The position numbers were made by a program, and so were the translations under genes. A model generated the notes under the pieces. That model was given only the letters and a program-made list of their open reading frames with translations, had not been told where the DNA came from and ran no database searches. This document shows positions 29,108 to 36,216 of a DNA stretch of 64,000 bases, one piece after another. Position 1 is the first letter of the stretch. Each line of letters starts with the position of its first letter. Source of the stretch: a virus (lineage: Duplodnaviria > Caudoviricetes); the IMG/VR virus record IMGVR_UViG_3300033475_000014, positions 12,770 to 76,769 of that record; one strand, written 5' to 3'.

Positions 29108-29479
29108 CTAGCTATGTTTAACCCTGTCTTGATTCATCAATGTCTCCAGGCTTGGCATTTCAAATACCTTGCCTGTAGCCATTACGAGATGCCCGCATAA
29201 TACGTCGATTGCATCACCGATTTCTTTCGTCGTTAGTTCTTTTGTAGAACTCTTGTTGTACATGGCAATAATGATTGGCCTTAGTAAGTACTCCTTCGCA
29301 GCTTCAGGTGTCCACGGTATCTCTGCGTTGTGTTTTAGCACTCGCATCATAGATAAACCGCTTTCGTTTAATCCGTCGGCTATGTGATTCATCAGTAGGT
29401 GAAGTGAGCGATTCTGTCTAAGCGTTCGTTGTTTCACCACCATTTGTGAGCTATCCAGAAGCTCCGCGCGTTCTCCCAT
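29108..29479 (-). CDS. NinB-like recombination protein
   Basis: RTLRQNRSLH...WTPEAAKE...STKELTTKE. Confidence 0.6.
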   Translation of the reverse strand: MGERAELLDSSQMVVKQRTLRQNRSLHLLMNHIADGLNESGLSMMRVLKHNAEIPWTPEAAKEYLLRPIIIAMYNKSSTKELTTKEIGDAIDVLCGHLVMATGKVFEMPSLETLMNQDRVKHS

Positions 29480-29727
29480 GTCCCGTATCGTCCTTTCATA
29501 TATTCAGTAAAGTAGGCGTCCTGACATCCATAATCTGTTGGTGCGCATGGCATCTTACTACAAGGTAGGGCCTGGCCTAATCCGCAGGCACCTGACGATT
29601 TATTTACTGATGATGGATTGTTTCCGCTCTCGTGCTGGTAAATGAACATCTTCGCGTCACTTACATCTGTTTGTATAGGCTTAGCATAATCTGATGCTAA
29701 TGGTGGCAAGTCTATAGTGACTGCCAC
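29434..29727 (-). CDS. Lytic transglycosylase (SLT-like) domain, probably made by -1 frameshift from the upstream ORF
   Basis: IYQHESGNNP...SSGACGLGQAL...YMKGRYGTW; no usable SD. Confidence 0.75.
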   Translation of the reverse strand: MAVTIDLPPLASDYAKPIQTDVSDAKMFIYQHESGNNPSSVNKSSGACGLGQALPCSKMPCAPTDYGCQDAYFTEYMKGRYGTWENARSFWIAHKWW

Positions 29728-29759
29728 CGCCCTGGTATATGCAGTAGGTTCGGGCTTGT

Positions 29760-30008
29760 CTACTGCCGGGTTTTTAACTGTGCAGTGATTTTGTTCACTT
29801 CTGATTGGTGGTCGCTATATCCCCAGTTACGTCCTACGAAGACTAAACCTACGATAACTAAGGTATAGAGGGCATACTTCATCGTGTTGTATTTGAGCTT
29901 ATTAACGGTGATTGTATCTTTCATTTTTGGTTCCTTTTTGTTTTGTGATGCGAGTTCATCCTCGACATCTCTTATTGCTTTATTTGCTTGTCGTTCAGTT
30001 GTTTTCAT
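29760..30008 (-). CDS. Single-pass membrane protein
   Basis: TM segment YALYTLVIVGLVFVG. Confidence 0.65.
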   Translation of the reverse strand: MKTTERQANKAIRDVEDELASQNKKEPKMKDTITVNKLKYNTMKYALYTLVIVGLVFVGRNWGYSDHQSEVNKITAQLKTRQ

Positions 30009-30234
30009 CTGTACTCCTTGCGATATATTGCTGGTACTTAATGATTGCGCCTAATTGATCTAGAATGGAATCCATATAAGATGTCCAGGTTTCATCGGGT
30101 CGGATACGAGGTTTTCAAGTCCTTCTCCGACGATATATTCAACAGTAATTGTCTTTTGCTTCTCAGCTTCTCGGGCATCTCGTGCCTCGGCTTCCATCTC
30201 TTGTTCAAAGTATTCTTCGTCTGTAAGTTCCATA

Positions 30235-30810
30235 CTATTCTTTCTTCATATCCTTAAGCTGTTGGATGATTGACGATGCGTCTGCGGCTGAGTGAATCCT
30301 GTCATATACTGCAACGAGCCACTTTTCATCTTTACCTAACCCTTCACCGAGCGTCTTGATAAGGTCTAGCTGGTTAGCTGTAGCAGGTCGAGCAGTAGAT
30401 GCCTTAGGTGGTTCAGGTTGCTTCTTCTTTGCACTCCCTGCGTTACCATCGTCGTCTTCATCTGCTACCAAGCCAGTCATAGCCATATCGCCATATCGTC
30501 GTAGATATGTTACAGCCGATCCAACTGATTGAGGGTCGTTCTTGACTGGGTTTAGTTTCCACTCGCCAGTGATATGCTCGCCAGACTCGTGGATAAGGTA
30601 AAACCTTAATCCATTCTCGTTTTCTAGAATTGTCGGGACTGCTATAAGTGCTAGTTTGTTCTTCTCAAGTAGCGGCTGTAGAAGCTCCCTAACCTCTGGT
30701 AGGGGTGCGTAGCTGTTTTTATAGAATGGATTTGTTGCCGACTTATCTACGGCCTTTAGTTCTTTTTGCAGGCTAACAATAGCCTTGGATATTTCTACTC
30801 CTATATTCAT
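30235..30810 (-). CDS. erf: ERF-family ssDNA-annealing recombinase
   Basis: NPFYKNSYAPL...DPQSVGSAVTYLRRY...EDDDGN. Confidence 0.9.
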   Translation of the reverse strand: MNIGVEISKAIVSLQKELKAVDKSATNPFYKNSYAPLPEVRELLQPLLEKNKLALIAVPTILENENGLRFYLIHESGEHITGEWKLNPVKNDPQSVGSAVTYLRRYGDMAMTGLVADEDDDGNAGSAKKKQPEPPKASTARPATANQLDLIKTLGEGLGKDEKWLVAVYDRIHSAADASSIIQQLKDMKKE

Positions 30811-30850
30811 AAATTCCTTTCTCTATTCTGTATTGCAAAATTTAGTAGTG

Positions 30851-30976
30851 GATTGAGTGTATGGTGCTGATAACAAAGACGGCTTCACAGTCACCTTATG
30901 CTTGGTGCATCCGACGGTTGATTCCCCTTATCGCATCTTTAGGTTTGCTACCAGCACTATTACACTCAATCATTCA
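30851..30976 (-). ncRNA. Long-stem RNA element, copy 2
   Basis: TGAATGATTGAGTGTAATAGTGCTGGTAGCAAA...TTTGTTATCAGCACCATACACTCAATC. Confidence 0.65.
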
Positions 30977-31242
30977 TTACCCACAAGGGATGGCCTCAGC
31001 CTACCCAAAGTCAACTATTACCCCAGTGTGACGCCACCCTTTGTGAATAACGAACATGCATACCTTAGTTCACTAATCCCTCCAGTAGGTAGTTGTCGCA
31101 TTTCGATAAACTGTCGGCTCTATATAAATCTTTAGCCCGTTCGTAATGCTTCATACTTCCACCATCTCTTGGTAGTAGTTACTTCGTGGCGTTTACCACT
31201 CAGTTCTTGCAAATGAATTGTTAAGGTCTTACACCTTTGGAC

Positions 31243-31268
31243 ATATCAATCTGCAATTGGTACATCCA
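31243..31268 (+). repeat. 26-bp repeat copy 1 (putative sRNA target)
   Basis: ATATCAATCTGCAATTGGTACATCCA, identical to 31713-31738. Confidence 0.9.
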
Positions 31269-31280
31269 TTCGGTGAAACA

Positions 31281-31306
31281 AAAATAACCGCCTCGTTGGC
31301 GGTTTA
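31281..31306 (-). terminator. Intrinsic terminator
   Basis: AACCGCC-AACGA-GGCGGTT followed by ATTTTT. Confidence 0.6.
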
Positions 31307-31349
31307 TGTCTTTATATCCCGGCGGCAACGAGTATTGGCGTAGAACGGG

Positions 31350-31378
31350 TAATAAAAAAGCACCCTATATGGGTGCAA
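31350..31378 (-). terminator. Intrinsic terminator after the tRNA fragment
   Basis: GCACCC-ATATA-GGGTGC followed by TTTTTT. Confidence 0.7.
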
Positions 31379-31388
31379 AGTAGTCTTA

Positions 31389-31429
31389 GTTTACAAAACA
31401 GCTGCTCTAACCAGCTGAGCTAAAGCGGC
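31389..31429 (-). other. 5' half of tRNA-Thr(UGU): att site (attP-like junction)
   Basis: GCCGCTT TA GCTC AGCTGGTTA GAGC A GCTGT TTTGTAA AC, then diverges; no T arm or 3' acceptor strand; integrase about 1 kb away. Confidence 0.8.
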
Positions 31430-31542
31430 ACTTACGCTATTTTAGCAGTGGTTGGCTGTAAACTCAAGACAAAACCCATATTTTCTACAAATTTTGTTTG
31501 AAAGGTCCACGGTTATTTGAAGTAATTCATTTAACCTACTTG

Positions 31543-31598
31543 CATTGTAGCAAACTGTGTGCGTTTTGTCAACATGCTTACGGCTGGAGTGGTATAAT
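31543..31598. promoter_or_regulatory. Divergent sigma70-type promoters
   Basis: Leftward TTGACA-17-TACAAT; rightward extended -10 TGGTATAAT. Confidence 0.7.
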
Positions 31599-31603
31599 AG
31601 AAG

Positions 31604-31679
31604 TGGTAGCTTTATTTTTCTAGATGCAAGTCACTACCTATTTATTAAAAGACTTCTGATTTATCAGAGGTCTTTTTTA
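31604..31679 (+). ncRNA. Candidate sRNA-1 (about 75 nt)
   Basis: Bounded by TGGTATAAT and the terminator AAGACTTCTGA-TTTA-TCAGAGGTCTT-TTTT. Confidence 0.5.
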
Positions 31680-31712
31680 TTGACCTTAGTCCCCTTCTTT
31701 GCTATGATATAA

Positions 31713-31767
31713 ATATCAATCTGCAATTGGTACATCCAGCCTCGTCATGAGGGCTGGTATTTTTTGT
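31713..31767 (+). ncRNA. Candidate sRNA-2 (about 55 nt) whose 5' 26 nt match 31243-31268
   Basis: TTGACC(31680)-17-TATGAT(31703) promoter; terminator CCAGCC...GGCTGG-TATTTTTT. Confidence 0.7.
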
Positions 31768-32049
31768 ATCAAAATCTCATTTCGTTGTATTACAACAATC
31801 TATACGGTATGTTCGCAGCCATACCGGATAACTAAAACTGCTGGATTTTTCGCGTGCTGAGACAAATTACCCGCTCTGTTTTCCCTAACAACGGGTGACC
31901 TACTCAGTACACGAAAATTACCAAATACATTGTGGGATGCAAGCCAATAGAACGTTAATAGCGGTGAGGCCCGGGGCTTACAGTTGCATGGTTATAGATT
32001 CATAAAGGGGTAGACTTTCCTGCTGGGTTAGTAGGGGATAGAGGGATAT

Positions 32050-32235
32050 ATGGTTAAAGTTTCTAAAGAAGAATGTGAACACGAGTGGAAGAAGTTCAAG
32101 GAAACAGTACGTGTAGAGCGCACAGAGGCTCAGTTACGTAAGGGACAACATTATACGGGTAACGGTGCTCACTTCATCGTAAGAGCCTGTATGAAGTGCA
32201 AGAAGAAACAACGGGTAGACTACATAGTCGAATAG
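32050..32235 (+). CDS. Small Cys/His (Zn-binding?) protein
   Basis: 61 aa, CEHEW...CMKC, SD GAGGG. Confidence 0.55.
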   Translation: MVKVSKEECEHEWKKFKETVRVERTEAQLRKGQHYTGNGAHFIVRACMKCKKKQRVDYIVE

Positions 32236-32419
32236 GAGGAATAGTTAAAAAATGGTACACAAAATATTATCACTATATACTTTGTGGAGCGTACGTATTA
32301 AGATTATCGAAATACGTCATGTAAATGGCCTAGCACCTCTGTTCTTGTAGGTACCAGGATTCAATTATACGCTCCATGAACCTACGCTATTAATTTTAGT
32401 GTGAGAAAGGAGCGTATTT

Positions 32420-33262
32420 ATGTTGCTATCTGAAGCGATAAGCGAGTTTATTAGATATAAGGTCGTGCGCCGTGGTTCTACCCGCGATACTGAGATTACC
32501 TACCGAAGCACTATGAATGGGTTCCTTAAGTGTGTCGGGGACATTCAAGTAGAAGATTTAACAATTTACACAATAGATTCTTATGCCGATGAGCTATCTC
32601 TTAAAGGATACATGCCTAAAACATATCATAACAAGATGGCTACTGTTAGAAGCTTTGTAAGATTCCTCTATGCTAAGGACCTTACTAACATACGACCAGA
32701 ATCTGTAGAACTCCCTAAGTCCGTAAGTCCCGAGGCTAACTTCCTCTCCCCTGCCGAACAAGAGGTACTGTTATCTGTTATTAAGAAGCCACGTGATCTC
32801 GCTATTGTGCGGGTGATGATAGCAAGTGGTGCCCGAGTGTCAGAACTTACTAATCTGAAATATGACGACTTCTACATTGACTCGATCGTTATCCAGCACG
32901 GTAAGGGCGGGAAATCTCGTCCTACTTTTTTAACTGAACGAGCTGCAGAGAGTTTACAAAACTACCTAAAAACTAAACGAAGAACAGAGTACTTGTTTAC
33001 AAATAGTTTTGGCGAGAAGCTATCGCGCCAGTATGTAGCAAGGATAGTCTCACAGTACGCCTCTGACGCTGGTATCGGTAAGAAAGTGACCCCTCATACA
33101 CTGAGGCACTCATTTGCGACGAATATGCTGCAGAACGGTGCCCGGGTAGAAATAGTCCAGCCGTTAATGGGGCATGCAAATATTAGGACCACGCTTATAT
33201 ATGCGCACTTCACTAACAATTATCTTAAAGAAGAGTACCAGAAGTACGCAAGCAAGGCTTAA
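32420..33262 (+). CDS. int: Tyrosine integrase (XerC/D-like)
   Basis: Complete catalytic set: SGARVSEL, GKGGK, HTLRH, MGHANI, IYAH. Confidence 0.95.
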   Translation: MLLSEAISEFIRYKVVRRGSTRDTEITYRSTMNGFLKCVGDIQVEDLTIYTIDSYADELSLKGYMPKTYHNKMATVRSFVRFLYAKDLTNIRPESVELPKSVSPEANFLSPAEQEVLLSVIKKPRDLAIVRVMIASGARVSELTNLKYDDFYIDSIVIQHGKGGKSRPTFLTERAAESLQNYLKTKRRTEYLFTNSFGEKLSRQYVARIVSQYASDAGIGKKVTPHTLRHSFATNMLQNGARVEIVQPLMGHANIRTTLIYAHFTNNYLKEEYQKYASKA

Positions 33263-33417
33263 GCTAGCAGAACGCCGCCAAGTAGCAACGATACGAGTAC
33301 GGCATAGATAACCGCGATAACTAGACATAGACGCTCTTTAACGCCGAAACTAGCTAATGTGTAGTGACTAACTGCGTATGCGATAAAGAATAGTAATGTG
33401 ATTTCTAGTAATTTCAT
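33259..33417 (-). CDS. 52-aa two-TM membrane protein
   Basis: MKLLEITLLFFIAYAV...LLLGGVLLA*; its stop overlaps the integrase stop in TTAA. Confidence 0.6.
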   Translation of the reverse strand: MKLLEITLLFFIAYAVSHYTLASFGVKERLCLVIAVIYAVLVSLLLGGVLLA

Positions 33418-33704
33418 AGGTTCCCCTTATTTAGTGGTTTCGTATCAACGGTAAATGAAGCAGTATCAGTATTTGCCTTATATGCGGCCGTTATAGCCTT
33501 CAGGAGCGATAGGAAAGCTGCGAGTAGAGCGATACCAATAATGAGTGGAAGGATGCTCATAACCTGCCCAAATGAGCTTACAAGGTCTGCCCCCGTGTTA
33601 CTTGCTGCAGCTGGTACTAGCACTCCCACAACAGCAATGATTGCCTGTGCGAATGTTGATATGGCTCGCTCCGATGCATCTTGCCAGAATAGTTTAGTAA
33701 ACAT
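33414..33704 (-). CDS. Holin (r1t-like)
   Basis: FWQDASERAISTFAQAII, two TM segments, adjacent to the lysin. Confidence 0.8.
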   Translation of the reverse strand: MFTKLFWQDASERAISTFAQAIIAVVGVLVPAAASNTGADLVSSFGQVMSILPLIIGIALLAAFLSLLKAITAAYKANTDTASFTVDTKPLNKGNL

Positions 33705-33712
33705 CTTTCCTC

Positions 33713-34594
33713 CTATTTGATGTTAAATATCTTTTTAAACCAGCTGACCAGCTGATTAAGTAGAGTATTGTTTGCTTTAACAGTATTGAGGATTTCTGTG
33801 TAGTCGTCCTTCTCGGCAACTGGCTTACCTGAGTCTGGTAGTGTCTGCCCTGAGTTGTCGGTAGTTGTAGGAGACGGAGTAGTGAATTTAGACCTAAGAT
33901 TAGATGTCACATCAGTGCCATTCACTGTAATACTCGCCGCAGCATTGTTCATGTAGCAATTCCAAGCATTAATATCTTTAGAGAATGCACCGATTTGTTT
34001 GCCATCCTTACTTACCTTATAAAGTAGAGAACTCACGGGAGTGGATGGAGCTGGCTGGCTAGGCGGTGCTGTTGGAGGTGGAGTAGTTGACTTATTAGTG
34101 ACGCTTCCCCAATCTGCATTTGATTGTTTTGTATAACTCATATTATCTAACCTTACAATGTCGTATACGCCAGGACAGGTCGTCCCTGTCCACATATTGT
34201 GTGAATAGAGTGGTACATCACCGTAAGCACTTCTAATGTCTGCAATAAGCTCTGAAACAACGTCATAGTCCTCATCTCTTGCTCGTGGGTCGCACTCTAC
34301 CCCGATAGTCTTAGCGTTGCCATATGCGCTGCCCGAGTGCCATGCTACGTCCATTGGAGATACGATGCAAGATACGCGTCGTCCTGTGCCTGTAGCAACA
34401 TAATGTGCACTCGTATTCCCGTTTATTCTATCTAGATAATCTCTAACACCCTCATACAAAGGGTTCTGGTTCGGATCACCCCACCAGTGTATCGTAATGC
34501 CCTCTATAGTTCGGTTATAGCCAAACACAGCAGTAGAGCTAGCTTGAGGCGTGTAGTTTGGTGAGTTGTGTGATGTGTCGTAGCTGTAACTCAT
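33713..34594 (-). CDS. Endolysin, N-acetylmuramoyl-L-alanine amidase (Amidase_2-like)
   Basis: ITIHWW...SAHY...AWHSG...IGVEC...H...CPG. Confidence 0.85.
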   Translation of the reverse strand: MSYSYDTSHNSPNYTPQASSTAVFGYNRTIEGITIHWWGDPNQNPLYEGVRDYLDRINGNTSAHYVATGTGRRVSCIVSPMDVAWHSGSAYGNAKTIGVECDPRARDEDYDVVSELIADIRSAYGDVPLYSHNMWTGTTCPGVYDIVRLDNMSYTKQSNADWGSVTNKSTTPPPTAPPSQPAPSTPVSSLLYKVSKDGKQIGAFSKDINAWNCYMNNAAASITVNGTDVTSNLRSKFTTPSPTTTDNSGQTLPDSGKPVAEKDDYTEILNTVKANNTLLNQLVSWFKKIFNIK

Positions 34595-34595
34595 C

Positions 34596-34922
34596 TTATT
34601 CCTTTCGTTTGTAGTTATAGATCATTACCAGTAGTAAGCTGATAGCCAAGAAGCTTAAGTTCCCCGTAACACTTGAAATGTCTCTTAGTACTGGTGCATC
34701 AACTCCGATTGTCCTTAAGATCTGGTAGACAACGGATGGGACTGATGCAAGTATTGCGAACGAGAACATCAGTAACATCTGCCACCTAAGTCCCGTTAGC
34801 CAGTCACGAGGACGCAGGACCTCTTTGAACTGTTTAGGTATGATGTAAAACAATATAATTGCAATCGCAATGGAACGGGTGACCAATCCAATAAGGGAGT
34901 AAACGTTTATTTCGCCTATCAT
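34596..34922 (-). CDS. Three-TM membrane protein (lysis cassette)
   Basis: Hydrophobic segments. Confidence 0.6.
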   Translation of the reverse strand: MIGEINVYSLIGLVTRSIAIAIILFYIIPKQFKEVLRPRDWLTGLRWQMLLMFSFAILASVPSVVYQILRTIGVDAPVLRDISSVTGNLSFLAISLLLVMIYNYKRKE

Positions 34923-35113
34923 TTTCTTTTATCCCCTCCCGTAGCCAAGAATATCTTCATCGTTACGTCGTCTTTATATAGCTCGAGTAACTCCGCCGGC
35001 TTTTTTATCTTTTCGATAGACTTGTTGGCGCGTTTCAGGTTATTGCGGCGGATAGATTGAATGGATTCCTCAACCTTATCGTCCCGCAATTTCTTTTTCC
35101 AAAAGAAAAGCAT
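34919..35113 (-). CDS. Small basic protein (lysis cassette)
   Basis: 64 aa, coupled ORF. Confidence 0.5.
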   Translation of the reverse strand: MLFFWKKKLRDDKVEESIQSIRRNNLKRANKSIEKIKKPAELLELYKDDVTMKIFLATGGDKRK

Positions 35114-35115
35114 AG

Positions 35116-35376
35116 CTAGCGCCTCCGGTCGTTTTCTTTAATCGAAACCAGGATGTCATACATTTTCTCGCTCATCTTCCCTTGCTCTTCGAGTGGCTTG
35201 ATTACGAAATCAGTTACCTCTTTAGCTTCAGCAAGTCGCTTTTCTTGAAGGTCGTTATATGCTTTATCCTTGTCTTTTCCGTCTCTGTATAGGAAAACAA
35301 CCACAATCCCAAGAACAATAAGACCAACGCCAGCAAGACCGTATTGGTAGAGAATACCTAGTGCTTCGCTACTCAC
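35116..35376 (-). CDS. Holin-like single-TM protein
   Basis: QYGLAGVGLIVLGIVVVFLY followed by a coiled coil. Confidence 0.6.
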   Translation of the reverse strand: MSSEALGILYQYGLAGVGLIVLGIVVVFLYRDGKDKDKAYNDLQEKRLAEAKEVTDFVIKPLEEQGKMSEKMYDILVSIKENDRRR

Positions 35377-35843
35377 TGCAAGACCTCTATAGTGCTACAT
35401 ATATTTGATCCAACATAGGCCCATCCAATCGAGCCGTCGTCTAGCTTACAAAGCATAATTGGCCGGGCATCTTCACCATCTTTCCCGTCCCGCCCATCCT
35501 TACCGTTGACTGGTACTTGTTCGATGGTTTGCTTTTCTACTACTGTGTTAGTAGAAGTCGAGTCAGTCCCATCTTTCCCGTCCTTGCCAGCTTTTCCTTC
35601 AGGACCTGGTGTCTGAGCTTGTGACGCAAGCTGGTCTACTTTTTTCTGAAGGGCCTTCATGCTTTCAACGTTTGTTGTAATACGGTTGTTCTCACTCACA
35701 AGATCTACGTTTACTTTTGCAATTGTAAGGCTGAAGTACGTAACTATTCCTATGAGAATAATCAAAATAAGAAACCAAGACCAAAGCAGTATACGGCGTA
35801 GTCGCTTAGAGTCTTGGTCGCTCACACTATCCCCAAACCTCAA
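35373..35843 (-). CDS. Membrane-anchored protein with collagen-like repeats
   Basis: TM, coiled coil, GKAGKDGKDG and GKDGRDGKDG. Confidence 0.65.
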   Translation of the reverse strand: MRFGDSVSDQDSKRLRRILLWSWFLILIILIGIVTYFSLTIAKVNVDLVSENNRITTNVESMKALQKKVDQLASQAQTPGPEGKAGKDGKDGTDSTSTNTVVEKQTIEQVPVNGKDGRDGKDGEDARPIMLCKLDDGSIGWAYVGSNICSTIEVLQ

Positions 35844-36216
35844 TATTTAGGTTGTAATTCGTATTAGCTGTAAGTACGTTTAATTTGAGAGTCGTTGCCG
35901 TGAAAGAATCAACCGAAACGCTAAGAATTTCGGTTAAGGTACCTGATACGCGATCGTAGAAGCTTACTATCTTACTATCACTCGATAGAGTTTGGCTACC
36001 TGTAGCATCTTGGAACAAAGAATCGACGTGTTGACGCATCGTTGGAGTTCCTCCGACATTAACAAGTCCACCATACCCAGTTGAGTAGTGGATATATGAC
36101 TGAGGCCCGTTCCACTTCTGAGATACAGTGATTTTGACATTTGTAGGTTGGAACCCTAGGGTTATTGTTTGGATTCCAGTTGTTCCGTAAGCTATTGTTC
36201 CGTTAAAGTAGTTCAT
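35827..36216 (-). CDS. Virion structural protein
   Basis: 129 aa, TLGFQP motif. Confidence 0.5.
   Translation of the reverse strand: MNYFNGTIAYGTTGIQTITLGFQPTNVKITVSQKWNGPQSYIHYSTGYGGLVNVGGTPTMRQHVDSLFQDATGSQTLSSDSKIVSFYDRVSGTLTEILSVSVDSFTATTLKLNVLTANTNYNLNIEVWG

Noticed and set aside
30880-30950. c-di-GMP riboswitch or self-cleaving ribozyme within the structured elements (also 47010-47107)
   Set aside because: Only isolated words (GCAAAC, GAAA tetraloop) match; I could not find the conserved cores of c-di-GMP-I/II, hammerhead, HDV, twister or pistol by eye. An Infernal search is needed.
31389-31429. Intact or intron-split tRNA-Thr gene
   Set aside because: No T arm or 3' acceptor strand found downstream, and a terminator follows at once; better explained as an att fragment.
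31243-31738. 26-bp direct repeat as a CRISPR array
   Set aside because: Only two copies, 470 bp apart, no regular spacers, and no cas genes in the window.
32420-33262. Integrase as chromosomal XerC/XerD marking host DNA
   Set aside because: It is flanked by phage lysis genes and a tRNA-type att, with no host genes nearby.
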